A stretch of 64,000 nucleotides of DNA from Candidatus Omnitrophota bacterium (GCA_025453445.1 JALOQJ010000003.1:23369-87368); one strand, 5' to 3'; shown: positions 1 to 9,662, counted from the first letter of the stretch. Notes: generated by a model not told the origin, from the sequence alone. Numbers and translations: made by a program.

Positions 1-1014
1 GTAATAGAAAATGATGGAAAAGATAGCTTTCAGCCTTCAGTTTTTAGCCGTCAGCAGGAAGAATTGGATAGATTAACGCCTGAGCAAATCCGCGCAATAG
101 TTTTTGAAGCAGGTATTGTCGGAATGGGGGGAGCTACTTTTCCAACGCATATAAAACTCAATTCTCCAAAACCAGTGGATACCTTAATCATTAATGGCGC
201 AGAATGCGAGCCGTATTTAACCGGTGATTCCCGGCTGATGATTGAGAAAACAGAAGAAATCATCAAGGGCATCGCTTTGCTTAAGCAATGCCTGGGTGTT
301 CAAAAAATATATATTGCTATTGAAGATAATAAACCGGAAGCAATTTCAGCTTTCAGCCTTCAGCCTTCAGCTTTCAGCTTTCAGCTAATAGTATTAAAAT
401 CAGCCTACCCGCAGGGCGGAGAAAAACAATTAATAAAAAATATTTTGGAGAAAGAAGTCCCTTCAGGCAAACTCCCTTTTGATATCGGCGTAGTAGTGCA
501 TAATGTGGCGACTGTTTATGCGGTTTATGAGGCAGTTTACAAAAATAAACCTCTTTATGAACGTGTGGTTACGGTAACCGGCAGTTGTTTAACTAATCCG
601 CAAAATCTTTTAGTGCGTTTAGGCACACCCATAAAAGAGTTGATTGATTTTTGCGGCCCACTTAAGGAAGAGCCGGCAAAGATTATCATCGGCGGGCCAA
701 TGATGGGCATTGCTCAATATACAGCTGATGTCCCAGTGATCAAATCTTCCGGAGGAGTTGTCCTCTTAAACAAAAAAGAGGCTAGGCAGCAGGAAGAAGA
801 ATCTTGTATTCGCTGCGGTGCTTGTGTCAGGGAATGCCCTGCAGGGCTTATGCCTTGCTTGATCAATCTGGCCTCGGAAAAAGAAATGTGGGATGAGGCG
901 AAGGCATATAAAGCTGCTGATTGTATTGAATGCGGTTTGTGCAATTATCTTTGTCCGGCAAAACGAAAATTAACTCAGTCTATTAAAAGGGCAAAGCTGG
1001 AGCTAAGCAGATGA
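1..1014 (+). CDS. rnfC: Rnf electron-transport complex subunit C (RnfC), 5'-truncated by window edge
   Basis: The reading frame is open from nt 1; the listed start at 64 is only an internal TTG. GIVGMGGATFPT motif and two 4Fe-4S ferredoxin motifs (CIRCGACVRECP, CIECGLCNYLCP). Followed by rnfG/D/E/A/B. Confidence 0.85.
   Translation, partial: VIENDGKDSFQPSVFSRQQEELDRLTPEQIRAIVFEAGIVGMGGATFPTHIKLNSPKPVDTLIINGAECEPYLTGDSRLMIEKTEEIIKGIALLKQCLGVQKIYIAIEDNKPEAISAFSLQPSAFSFQLIVLKSAYPQGGEKQLIKNILEKEVPSGKLPFDIGVVVHNVATVYAVYEAVYKNKPLYERVVTVTGSCLTNPQNLLVRLGTPIKELIDFCGPLKEEPAKIIIGGPMMGIAQYTADVPVIKSSGGVVLLNKKEARQQEEESCIRCGACVRECPAGLMPCLINLASEKEMWDEAKAYKAADCIECGLCNYLCPAKRKLTQSIKRAKLELSR
26..55. repeat. 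Degenerate heptamer (YTCAGCY-like) tandem array inside rnfC
   Basis: ctttcagc cttcagt ttttagc cgtcagc read in-frame as SFQPSVFSRQ. Confidence 0.4.
344..385. repeat. Tandem heptanucleotide array (T/C)TTCAGC x6, in-frame inside rnfC
   Basis: tttcagc tttcagc cttcagc cttcagc tttcagc tttcagc. Encodes SAFSLQPSAFSFQ within RnfC. Confidence 0.8.
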
Positions 1015-1092
1015 CCCATTCGACTCGCTTCGCTCGCTCAGGGTCATCCTGAGTGATAGATGCCGAGTAAGAAAGGCAGAAGTCGAAGGATG

Positions 1093-1605
1093 AAGGAAAT
1101 GATAAAATATGGTTTAATTCTGGCTTTGATTTGCATCATTGCCAGCGGCCTCTTAGCCTGCGTTAATACCCTGACTAAACCTTTGATTATTCGGCAGGCT
1201 CAGCTGGAAGAAGAGGCAAGCCTGAAAGCAGTTTTCCCTCAGGCAGAAACTTTTCAGCCAATAAAAAAAGATGAAACAATAATTTATTATCAGGCTTTGG
1301 ATAAAAGCGGAATACGCCAAGGCGTAGTTTTTAAAGCCTCTGGCAAAGGTTATTCCGGCGTGGTTGAAGCAATGGCAGGGATGTTTGAAGATGGCACGAT
1401 TGCAGCGATAAAAGTAGTGGCACAAAATGAAACACCCGGATTAGGCAGTAAAATTACTGAAGCAAGATTCCTTGAACAATTCAGCAATAAAAAAGATTTA
1501 TCCGGCATTCAGGCAATTAGCGGTGCAACCATATCTTCCAGAGCAGTAATTAATGCGGTTAAAGAAAAAGCAGCGGAAATAAGAGGATTAATCAAGAATG
1601 AATAA
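1093..1605 (+). CDS. rnfG: Rnf complex subunit G (FMN-binding)
   Basis: N-terminal TM helix plus FMN_bind-type SGATISS motif. Start chosen at MKEMIKYG (ATG 1093); ATG 1102 is also possible. Confidence 0.75.
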   Translation, partial: KEMIKYGLILALICIIASGLLACVNTLTKPLIIRQAQLEEEASLKAVFPQAETFQPIKKDETIIYYQALDKSGIRQGVVFKASGKGYSGVVEAMAGMFEDGTIAAIKVVAQNETPGLGSKITEARFLEQFSNKKDLSGIQAISGATISSRAVINAVKEKAAEIRGLIKNE

Positions 1606-2536
1606 ATTGATTGTTAGCCCTGCTCCGCATCTCTATAAAGGCGAATCTGTCAGCAGGATTATGTGGATGGTTGTGGCCAGCTTAATCCCTGCGGGCGTGG
1701 CAGGTATTTTTATTTTCGGGCCCTCGGCACTCTCGGTAATTATCACAGCTGTTATTTCTGCTTTGGCAGCAGAATTAATTTTACAGGTTGCCACAAAAAG
1801 AAAAATTACTGTTTTTGATGGCAGCGCAGTTATCACTGGTTTGTTATTAGCATACAACCTTCCTGCGCATGTGCCGTTATGGCTGCCGGTGATCGGGTCT
1901 TTTTTCTCGATTGCTATCGGCAAGCAGGTATTTGGGGGGTTAGGGCAGAATATTTTTAATCCTGCTTTAGTCGGCAGGGTATTTTTAATGGCTTCTTGGC
2001 CTAAATATATGACGGTTTTCACTCAGCCTTTAAATTATGATGCTATTGCTCAGGCAACGCCGCTTGCCGCTTTAAAAGAAGGCAAGATAATCGAGCATAT
2101 AACTTATCTCGATTTATTTTTAGGCAAAAGAGGCGGTTGTATAGGAGAAGTTTGTATTTTAGCCTTACTTATCGGAGCGGGGTTCCTTTTAATCCGGGGA
2201 TATATTTCCTGGCAGATTCCTTTTACTTATATTATAACAACAGGCGTATTTACCTATATCTTTGCAGGCAAAGGCTTATTTGCCGGAGATTGGCTGTTTC
2301 ATATTTTATCCGGTGGTTTAATTTTGGGCGCATTTTTTATGGCTACTGATTATGTTACTTCGCCATTGACTACTAAAGGGCAGATTGTTTTTGGTATAGG
2401 CTGCGGGTTATTAACGGCGATTATCCGGCTTTGGGGCGGTTATCCTGAAGGCGTATCTTATGCGATTTTAATGATGAACGCTGCAACGCCAATTATCGAC
2501 AGATTTACGAAAAACAGGGTGTATGGGAGTAGATGA
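1598..2536 (+). CDS. rnfD: Rnf complex subunit D (NqrB/RnfD family)
   Basis: Polytopic membrane protein with FGGLGQNIFNPALVGRVFL and MATDYVTSP (FMN attachment) motifs. Confidence 0.85.
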   Translation: MNKLIVSPAPHLYKGESVSRIMWMVVASLIPAGVAGIFIFGPSALSVIITAVISALAAELILQVATKRKITVFDGSAVITGLLLAYNLPAHVPLWLPVIGSFFSIAIGKQVFGGLGQNIFNPALVGRVFLMASWPKYMTVFTQPLNYDAIAQATPLAALKEGKIIEHITYLDLFLGKRGGCIGEVCILALLIGAGFLLIRGYISWQIPFTYIITTGVFTYIFAGKGLFAGDWLFHILSGGLILGAFFMATDYVTSPLTTKGQIVFGIGCGLLTAIIRLWGGYPEGVSYAILMMNAATPIIDRFTKNRVYGSR

Positions 2537-3123
2537 AAAAATTACTTTCTGAATTTTTTAAAGGCATTATCAAAGAAAATCCTACTTTTGTATTGGCATT
2601 AGGCCTTTGCCCGACACTGGCTGTGTCTGTTTCTGTAATTAACGGCATTGGCATGGGCGTTGCTGCTACTTTTGTCCTGCTGGGGTCAAATATGATTATT
2701 GCCCTGATCAAGAATTTTATTCCGGCAAGAATCAGGATTCCTTGTTATATCGTTGTAATTGCTACTTTCGTTACCATCGCAGAATTGGCGATGAAGGCAT
2801 ATAGCCCAATACTTGACAGGGCATTAGGGATATATGTGCCTTTGATTGTAGTGAATTGCATTGTTCTGGGCAGAGCAGAAGCGTATGCCTGTAAAAATTC
2901 CCTGGTTAATTCTTTTATGGATGGTTTAGGCATGGGCGTAGGTTTTACCCTGGCTTTAATTTTAATTTCCGGAATCAGGGAATTCCTCGGCGCCGGGACT
3001 ATTTTAGGCCATACAGTTGTTAAGGGGTTTGAGCCGGTGTTTGTCATGGGTATGCCATCTGGCGCGCTTTTGCTTATCGGGTTATTATTAGGTTTTTTTA
3101 ACCTAGCCAAGAGGAGAAACTAA
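2533..3123 (+). CDS. rnfE: Rnf complex subunit E (NqrD/RnfE family)
   Basis: LALGLCPTLAVS motif; ~196-aa polytopic membrane protein; start overlaps rnfD stop. Confidence 0.85.
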   Translation: MKKLLSEFFKGIIKENPTFVLALGLCPTLAVSVSVINGIGMGVAATFVLLGSNMIIALIKNFIPARIRIPCYIVVIATFVTIAELAMKAYSPILDRALGIYVPLIVVNCIVLGRAEAYACKNSLVNSFMDGLGMGVGFTLALILISGIREFLGAGTILGHTVVKGFEPVFVMGMPSGALLLIGLLLGFFNLAKRRN

Positions 3124-3732
3124 ATGGATCTCGGGCAATTTCTGGCTATTTTTATTTCCGCGGTATTTATCTACAATGTCATTTTGTCCCGTTTCCTGGG
3201 CTTATGTTCATTTATTGCAATTTCCAAAGAAACAAAACCAGCATTAGCAATGAGCTTGGCAGTAATGTTTGTTATTACCATGTCCTCGATGCTTACCTGG
3301 TTTATCTACCGGTTTTTATTAATTCCTTTTAATCTTACTTATTTGCGCACAATCTCTTTTATTCTGGTAATTGCAACATTCGTGCAGCTGGTAGAGATGG
3401 TAATTAGAAAAATCGCTCCGGCGATGTACAGGTTTTTCGGGATATACCTGCCTTTGATTACGGTTAATTGCGCGGTCCTCGGCGTAGCAGTATTAAATAT
3501 TGATATGTTTTTTATAAACGGCAAAGCTGTGCAGGGGAGCTTCTATTACTCGGCATTTCAGGGTGTTTGTGTTGGTTTAGGCTATACTTTGGCAATGCTT
3601 TTAATGTCAGGGATCCGGGAAAGGCTGGAATTGTGCAATGTGCCGAAAGCAATGAAGGATTTCCCGTTGGGGTTTGTGATTGCGGCAATTTTAAGTTTAA
3701 GTTTTATGGGGTTCAATGGGTTTAAATTTTAA
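3124..3732 (+). CDS. rnfA: Rnf complex subunit A (NqrE/RnfA family)
   Basis: Hydrophobic 202-aa protein in the RnfA/NqrE position, immediately after rnfE. Confidence 0.8.
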   Translation: MDLGQFLAIFISAVFIYNVILSRFLGLCSFIAISKETKPALAMSLAVMFVITMSSMLTWFIYRFLLIPFNLTYLRTISFILVIATFVQLVEMVIRKIAPAMYRFFGIYLPLITVNCAVLGVAVLNIDMFFINGKAVQGSFYYSAFQGVCVGLGYTLAMLLMSGIRERLELCNVPKAMKDFPLGFVIAAILSLSFMGFNGFKF

Positions 3733-4554
3733 ATGGATATTCTAATAGCGATTTTAACTTTAGGCAGTTTAGGTTTATTGTTTGGAGTAGGTTTGGCAGT
3801 TGCTTCTAAGCGGCTAAAAGTAGAAGTTGACCCGCGCTTGGAAAAAATCCATGGACTTTTGCCGGGATCAAACTGTGGCGCCTGCGGCGGTGCCGGATGT
3901 TTTGGTTTTGCCGAGGAGATTTTATCCGGAAAGAAAAAAATTGATGCTTGCCGGGTAAGTGAAGATAGCGTTAAAGAAGCGATTGCTGGAATTTTAGGCA
4001 GGGAATTAAAAAAAGATGTTAAAAAAATCGCTGTGCTGCATTGCGCAGGAGGAGTGAAAGTTAAGGATAAATTTATATATGATGGAATAGAGGATTGTAT
4101 TGCGGCAAATCAGGTTTTAGGTGGGATGAAAGAATGCGTATTTGGATGTTTGGGGCTGGGTACTTGCGTAAAAGTGTGCCCTTTTGATGCGATTAAAATG
4201 TCTGTGCCTGATGGTTTGCCAGTAGTTGATGAGAATAAATGTAAGGCCTGTAATAAATGCATTTTAGCCTGTCCTAAAAAATTATTCAGCCTGGTTCCTG
4301 CAACACATACGGTTTACCCCGCCCATGTGCACATGGGCGGGGTTTACGTTGCCTGTATGTCCCATGATTCAGGAAAAGACACCAAGGCAGTTTGTCCTGT
4401 GGGTTGTATTGCTTGTAAACTCTGTGAAAAGGCTTGCCCTGTGGATGCAATACATGTGATTGATAATCTGGCAGTAATAGATTATAATAAATGTACTTTC
4501 TGTGGGAAATGTGTGGAAGTTTGCCCAATGAAAACTATCAGGAAAAGAAAATAA
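3733..4554 (+). CDS. rnfB: Rnf complex subunit B (Fe-S protein)
   Basis: N-terminal TM anchor, CGACGGAGC Fe-S motif and multiple CxxCxxCxxxCP ferredoxin motifs. Confidence 0.8.
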   Translation: MDILIAILTLGSLGLLFGVGLAVASKRLKVEVDPRLEKIHGLLPGSNCGACGGAGCFGFAEEILSGKKKIDACRVSEDSVKEAIAGILGRELKKDVKKIAVLHCAGGVKVKDKFIYDGIEDCIAANQVLGGMKECVFGCLGLGTCVKVCPFDAIKMSVPDGLPVVDENKCKACNKCILACPKKLFSLVPATHTVYPAHVHMGGVYVACMSHDSGKDTKAVCPVGCIACKLCEKACPVDAIHVIDNLAVIDYNKCTFCGKCVEVCPMKTIRKRK

Positions 4555-5159
4555 TGAGAATAGCTGTTTTTGCTTCGGGAAGAGGCAGTAATTTTAACGC
4601 AATTGCAAAGGCTATAAAGAGCCAAAAAATTAAGGCAAGCCTTGCTTTATTAATTTGTGATAATCCAGATGCAGCTGTAATACTTAAGGCAAAACGCTTT
4701 GGGGTAAAAACATTTTTAATTAAACGTGCAGATTATAAAGATAAACCTGATTTTGAGAATAAGATTATTCAGGTTTTGCAAGAAGAAAAAATCAGCCTGA
4801 TTGTTTTGGCTGGGTTTATGCGCATATTAAGCAATGATTTCGTATTGAGATTTAAAAATAAGATCATCAATATACATCCTTCGCTTTTGCCTGCTTTTAA
4901 AGGATCGCATGCTATTCTTGATGCTTTTAATTATGGCGCCAAGGTTACTGGTGTTACTGTGCATTTTGTTGATGAATTAATGGATCATGGCCCGATAATT
5001 TTACAACAGGCATTAAAGATCGAAGAGAATGATACCCTGGAATCCCTTGAGGCAAAAATCCATAAAATAGAGCACAGGCTTTATCCGGAAGCAATCAGGT
5101 TGTGTGTGCAGGCAAGATTAAAGATAAAGGGAAGGAAAGTTCACCCCGCCCTTCATTAG
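4554..5159 (+). CDS. purN: Phosphoribosylglycinamide formyltransferase
   Basis: MRIAVFASGRGSNFNAI..., NIHPSLLPAFKG, formyltransferase core. ATG at 4554 overlaps the rnfB stop (TAATG). Confidence 0.85.
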   Translation: MRIAVFASGRGSNFNAIAKAIKSQKIKASLALLICDNPDAAVILKAKRFGVKTFLIKRADYKDKPDFENKIIQVLQEEKISLIVLAGFMRILSNDFVLRFKNKIINIHPSLLPAFKGSHAILDAFNYGAKVTGVTVHFVDELMDHGPIILQQALKIEENDTLESLEAKIHKIEHRLYPEAIRLCVQARLKIKGRKVHPALH

Positions 5160-5190
5160 TCATTAAGTTATGCCCGAAGAAGGGCGGGGT
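5138..5190. terminator. GC-rich inverted repeat CACCCCGCCCTTC...GAAGGGCGGGGTC between convergent purN and lipoprotein genes
   Basis: 11-12 bp GC stem with an ~18-nt loop in an AT-rich background; a member of the GAAGGGCGGGG repeat family. No strong T-run. Confidence 0.5.
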
Positions 5191-5199
5191 CAAGGTTAA

Positions 5200-6096
5200 C
5201 TAATCATCGGATCCGAGCAAGATAGCTGCCCTATTCAGAGTTACCTTCTTATTGGTTAATAAGTTGTGAAGTTTGACCTCGCCAAAATCTTTAAACCCAT
5301 AGGTCCTTAGAGTAAAAGCGGCAATCTTCTGTATCTCTTTATCAATATTTACCTTTTTTGGGTTAGTTAGTTCCGGTTTCTGAAATTTTAGCCTGATGCG
5401 CTGTTGGATTTGCGCGGCGATAAAGTCAGAGAGAAGGACATCTTTATAAATTAAATACTTGCCTGTTTTATCGTTTATAATTTTAGGGTCAATATTTGTT
5501 TCCTGTACTGTACGGTGTTGGTATTCATCATTGGAAATCAGGCCGTAAGAGACTTTTTTCAGATCGAGTGTATAAATTACCGTGCGGATATCAAATCCGG
5601 CCTTAGTATCGGCAATTACGATGACAATAAACTGCGGCCCTTGCCGCTTATGGTCAAGGCTGAAGAGTACGCGGCGCACTACCCTCCAGACGCTGCCTAA
5701 TTTCTCCGAAACGTTTTTATTGACATCATAATCTTCAGTCTGTTCTTTTTTCGGCACAGTTTTAATTGCGTATTCAATATTTAAAGCAGCGTTTTTAAAT
5801 TCGTTTTTATTTTGTTCGATTTTAAAAAGCTCTGTGGATTTTTTTGGTTTTTCAGCTTTGACAAAAATATCTTCTACGGGTAGGTAAATCCAGAGGGTGT
5901 TCTCGAACAGTTTTGTTTTTATATCAAGCTTAAGCTCTTTTTTTGCGAGGTCTTCGATACCAGAGGCAATCGTTTCTTTGGTATAGGTAGGGGTAGTGGA
6001 AGAACTGCAGCCACAGGCAAAGATTAGGATAAATAAAATAAAATTACTGAGCGCGGCTTTTGCCAAATTCTTTGAATATTGCTTCAATTTCATCAT
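5200..6096 (-). CDS. Hypothetical lipoprotein
   Basis: Start inferred at MMKLKQ...; signal peptide with lipobox-like IFACGC. Overlaps the ftsH 3' end by ~50 nt. Confidence 0.55.
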   Translation of the reverse strand: MMKLKQYSKNLAKAALSNFILFILIFACGCSSSTTPTYTKETIASGIEDLAKKELKLDIKTKLFENTLWIYLPVEDIFVKAEKPKKSTELFKIEQNKNEFKNAALNIEYAIKTVPKKEQTEDYDVNKNVSEKLGSVWRVVRRVLFSLDHKRQGPQFIVIVIADTKAGFDIRTVIYTLDLKKVSYGLISNDEYQHRTVQETNIDPKIINDKTGKYLIYKDVLLSDFIAAQIQQRIRLKFQKPELTNPKKVNIDKEIQKIAAFTLRTYGFKDFGEVKLHNLLTNKKVTLNRAAILLGSDD

Positions 6097-7732
6097 AGTT
6101 AAGCTCTTCTTTGGCGATGAGTTCTTTAGCCAGCCTCTCAAGGAGCGGATTTTCTTTGCGCAGCACTTCTTCAACTTCTTTCAGGCAGGTTTGTAAAATA
6201 TCCTGCACATCTTCATCCAGCCGGGCTTTAGTTTGTTCGGACAAAAAACTGCTACTTCTGCCGGTGTATGAATCTAAAGCATGAAAATCGCCGATTAATC
6301 CCGATTTTCCCATGCCCCAGTTCCAGACCATTTGATGCGCAGTAGAATAGGCATTGCCGAAATCGCTTCCCGGGCCGCTGCCTACGCCACTTGTGGTTTT
6401 GCCTAACTTTAATTTTTCCGCTGCGTAAGAGCCGAGGCAGGTTTTAATGTCGCATAAAAGTTTATCCCTGTCCGGGATTAAAGTTTCAATTTTTTCCGGG
6501 GTCCAGGTAACTCCGCCGGTATGCCCGCGTGGAGTAATGGTTATTTTAAAGACGTCTTGAGTAGGGACAAGTAGGTAGGTAATTACAGCATGCCCTGCTT
6601 CATGGTAGGCAGTCTGTTTTTTTTCTTCTTCGCTGTATTTAAACCTGCGCCGGATACCGAGTGAGATTCTTTCACGGGCATCGTCAATTTCCTTCATTGT
6701 AATCAGGGGCTTCTTATTGCGTACAGCAATTAAAGCCGCTTCCCTGACGATATTAGCGATATCAGCAGGAGTATTACCGACAGTAATCCGCGCTAAGCGA
6801 TCGAACTTTACGCTCTGCGGATCGAACTGGACTTTTTTTAGATAGTAATCAAATAGTTTCTGGCGGTCATCAAGATTGGGCTTATCAACATAGATCTTAC
6901 GATCAAACCTGCCCGGCCTTAACAATGCCTGATCAAGAAAGGTTTCCGGAGCGTTGGTTGCGCCGATTAATACGATGTTCATGTCTTTTTCTTTTAAGCC
7001 GTCCATTTCTACCAATAATTGGTTTAAGGTAGTATTGGATTCGGTTTGTCCTCCGAAACCGCGGTCAACGCTGCGCTGTGCGCCGACAGCGTCAATTTCA
7101 TCGATAAAAATAATACAGCCGCCTTCAAATTCTGCCATTTGCTGGGCTTGTTTAAAAAGGCTGCGGATGCGGCCTGCACCTACGCCGACGAACATTTCCA
7201 CAAATTCCGACCCGGACATGGAGATGAAGGGAAGTTTTGCTTCAGTGGCAATAGCCTTGGCAAGGTAAGTTTTGCCGCAGCCCGGCGGCCCGAGCATAAG
7301 GATGCCTTTTAAAATTTTTCCTCCGATACGCTGTAGTTCTGCACGATCGGTAATCAATTTAACTACTTCTAAGGCTTCCTGCTTGGCTTCTTCCATGCCG
7401 ATAACATCAACCCAGGTAATGCCCAATTCCTGTCCGTCAATGGATTTTTTGCTGGTCTGGGTAAAAGATTGTGCTCCGCGCTTAAACATTAGCCAATACC
7501 ACATGAAGGTATAGACTACGCCGAAAATCAAGGCCATGACTATCTGCAGGTATAATTGGAGCGGGATCATTGCCAGCTGCGACTGGCGCAAATATGACTC
7601 TGCTTCATTCCAGGCGCGCAAGCCGGTAATGATAAAAAAGATTAAGGAAATGAATAATGCAGTAACTCCGCCGATAATCAGGATTTTTATCCAGTGCAAT
7701 TTCCAATAAATCTTCAGTTTTTTCTTATTCAC
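6044..7732 (-). CDS. ftsH: ATP-dependent zinc metalloprotease FtsH
   Basis: Two N-terminal TM helices, AAA+ Walker A GPPGCGKTYLAKA, and zinc-binding HEAGHAV. Confidence 0.9.
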   Translation of the reverse strand: MNKKKLKIYWKLHWIKILIIGGVTALFISLIFFIITGLRAWNEAESYLRQSQLAMIPLQLYLQIVMALIFGVVYTFMWYWLMFKRGAQSFTQTSKKSIDGQELGITWVDVIGMEEAKQEALEVVKLITDRAELQRIGGKILKGILMLGPPGCGKTYLAKAIATEAKLPFISMSGSEFVEMFVGVGAGRIRSLFKQAQQMAEFEGGCIIFIDEIDAVGAQRSVDRGFGGQTESNTTLNQLLVEMDGLKEKDMNIVLIGATNAPETFLDQALLRPGRFDRKIYVDKPNLDDRQKLFDYYLKKVQFDPQSVKFDRLARITVGNTPADIANIVREAALIAVRNKKPLITMKEIDDARERISLGIRRRFKYSEEEKKQTAYHEAGHAVITYLLVPTQDVFKITITPRGHTGGVTWTPEKIETLIPDRDKLLCDIKTCLGSYAAEKLKLGKTTSGVGSGPGSDFGNAYSTAHQMVWNWGMGKSGLIGDFHALDSYTGRSSSFLSEQTKARLDEDVQDILQTCLKEVEEVLRKENPLLERLAKELIAKEELNYDEIEAIFKEFGKSRAQ

Positions 7733-7836
7733 GATTTTCTCCTTTTGTGTTTATTTATGCAAGATAGCATATCCAACAACCTTAGTCAAGGCTAAAAAAA
7801 TGTGGACATTCCTAAAACCTTTGTATAGCTACCCCT

Positions 7837-7930
7837 ATTGTCATTGCGACTGCGAGGCGAAGCCGAAGCAGGAAGCAATCTAAAAACGGATTGCTTCGTC
7901 GGGCTTCGCCCTCCTCGCAATGACACAATA
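7837..7930. repeat. ~94-nt imperfect palindrome (three stem segments, 8-nt loop) between divergent ftsH and eno
   Basis: TGTCATTGCGA...GGCGAAGCC...GAAGCAATC taaaaacg GATTGCTTC...GGCTTCGCC...TCGCAATGACA. Confidence 0.6.
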
Positions 7931-7939
7931 AAAAATCAT

Positions 7940-7968
7940 TTGACCGTATTTGTTTGCCGAGTATAATA
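7940..7968 (+). promoter_or_regulatory. Sigma70-like promoter for eno (TTGACC-17-TATAAT)
   Basis: TTGACC at 7940-7945 and TATAAT at 7963-7968 with a 17-nt spacer, ~45 nt upstream of the eno ATG. Confidence 0.5.
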
Positions 7969-8013
7969 TACCTCTACTTAGTTAAACCCCTAAAAAATTT
8001 AAGGAGAGCAAGA

Positions 8014-9273
8014 ATGGCAAAAATTAAAAAAGTCTTAGCACGAGAAATTCTGGATTCCCGCGGTAACCCTACGGTTGAAGTGGATATCATTTTGGATAAT
8101 GGTATTTTAGGCCGCGCAGCAGTTCCTTCAGGCGCTTCTACTGGAGATAACGAAGCTTTAGAATTGCGCGATCAAGATAAATCAAGATATTTAGGTAAAG
8201 GTGTTTTAAAAGCAGTGAATAATGTAAATACCATAATTGCCGGAAAAATAAATGGTTTAGAGCCTGATTTTAAGAAAATCGATGAGCTATTAATCAAGCT
8301 GGATGGAACAGAGAGTAAATCAAAACTCGGAGCGAATGCGATTCTCGGGGTATCGATGGCAGTTGCCAAGGCTGAGGCATTAGAAAAAAAAGAGCCGCTT
8401 TATAAATTTTTAGGCGGAGAAAAAGCGAGAATTTTACCTGTGCCGCAGATGAATATCTTAAACGGCGGGATGCACGCGGATAATAACCTAGACATTCAGG
8501 AATTTATGATTATGCCTAAAGGCGCTCCTAGTTTTCGCGAGGCTTTAAGGTATGCTGACGAGGTTTTTCATAATTTAAAGTCAATTTTGAAATCAAAAAA
8601 GTTGTCTACTTCCGTAGGCGATGAAGGCGGCTTTGCGCCTAATCTGCAGTCTAATGAAGAGGCTTTGGAATTAATTATTGCAGCTATTGAGAAAGCCGGA
8701 TATAAGCCGGGTAAAGATGTATTTCTTGCCCTTGACTGCGCAGCCAGCTCTTTTTACAAGGACGGGGCTTATAATTTTGAAAATACTAAGAAAGCCGCAG
8801 CCGATTTGATTAGTATCTACGACAAATGGATCGCTAAATATCCAATTTTGTCTATTGAAGACGGATTAGGAGAACATGATAAGCTAGGTTGGGTTGAAAT
8901 GACCAAGAAACTGGGCAATAAAATACAGCTGGTTGGCGACGATATCTTTGTTACCAACCCGCGGATTTTCAAGCAGGGGATTGCCGATAAAATCGCTAAT
9001 GCAATTTTGGTAAAAGTGAATCAAATCGGTACACTTTCTGAAACTCTGGAAGTAGTACAGATGGCAAAAGATAATAAATATGCCAGTGTGATGTCGCATC
9101 GTTCAGGCGAGACCGAAGATACAACCATCGCCCATCTTGCAGTAGCTACTGGTTGCGGCCAGATTAAGACTGGTTCTTTATCGCGCACTGACCGGATTTG
9201 TAAATATAATGAACTTTTGAGGATTGAAGAAGAATTAGGTTCGACTGCAGTATACGCAGGTAAGCAATGCTAA
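8014..9273 (+). CDS. eno: Enolase
   Basis: [24 protein letters not shown]...; RBS AAGGAG at 8001-8006; full-length, ~420 aa. Confidence 0.9.
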   Translation: MAKIKKVLAREILDSRGNPTVEVDIILDNGILGRAAVPSGASTGDNEALELRDQDKSRYLGKGVLKAVNNVNTIIAGKINGLEPDFKKIDELLIKLDGTESKSKLGANAILGVSMAVAKAEALEKKEPLYKFLGGEKARILPVPQMNILNGGMHADNNLDIQEFMIMPKGAPSFREALRYADEVFHNLKSILKSKKLSTSVGDEGGFAPNLQSNEEALELIIAAIEKAGYKPGKDVFLALDCAASSFYKDGAYNFENTKKAAADLISIYDKWIAKYPILSIEDGLGEHDKLGWVEMTKKLGNKIQLVGDDIFVTNPRIFKQGIADKIANAILVKVNQIGTLSETLEVVQMAKDNKYASVMSHRSGETEDTTIAHLAVATGCGQIKTGSLSRTDRICKYNELLRIEEELGSTAVYAGKQC

Positions 9274-9539
9274 AAAGGGCATTCTGGCTTTTTGGGATTA
9301 CAATTGTCCTGCTGATTTTGTTCTTGCCTGGGTATACCAAACTGCAGGATTTGCGGGAAAAAAACCGCGATTTAACCGTTAAAATTAAACAGCTGCAGAT
9401 AGAGAATGCTTTGTTGGAGCAGCAGGCAAAGCGTATCGAGACTGACCCGGTTTATCAGGAAAAAATCGCCCGCGATAAAATGGGTGTTGTGCGTAAGGGT
9501 GAAATTCCGGTAAAAATCATCCCGGGAAAGAAAAGATAA
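9267..9539 (+). CDS. Septum formation initiator (FtsB/DivIC-like)
   Basis: Single TM helix followed by a coiled-coil ([28 protein letters not shown]). Conserved eno-ftsB adjacency. Confidence 0.6.
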   Translation: MLKRAFWLFGITIVLLILFLPGYTKLQDLREKNRDLTVKIKQLQIENALLEQQAKRIETDPVYQEKIARDKMGVVRKGEIPVKIIPGKKR

Positions 9540-9565
9540 TAATTGATTAGTGCTTTTTGGATATT

Positions 9566-9574
9566 GTGTTATAA
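9566..9574 (+). promoter_or_regulatory. Extended -10 (TGTTATAAT) upstream of tRNA-Met
   Basis: TGnTATAAT lies 7 nt upstream of the tRNA 5' end. Confidence 0.4.
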
Positions 9575-9580
9575 TAAATT

Positions 9581-9657
9581 CGCGGGGTGGAGCAGCCTGG
9601 TAGCTCGTCAGGCTCATAACCTGAAGGCCAGAGGTTCAAATCCTCTCCCCGCAACCA
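9581..9657 (+). tRNA. tRNA-Met (anticodon CAT), initiator-like with encoded CCA
   Basis: Cloverleaf CGCGGGG/CCCCGCA acceptor stem with a C1-A72 mismatch, anticodon loop CTCATAA, T-loop GGTTCAAATCC, 3' ACCA. Resembles E. coli tRNA-fMet. Confidence 0.85.
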
Positions 9658-9662
9658 AAACT

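Noticed and set aside
64-66. Listed RnfC start at 64
   Set aside because: The frame is open back to nt 1 and the conserved RnfC N-terminal region is missing, so the gene is truncated by the window rather than starting at this internal TTG.
344-385. Heptamer arrays as CRISPR or other spacer-containing arrays
   Set aside because: Units are 7 nt and contiguous, with no spacers. There are no cas genes in the window.
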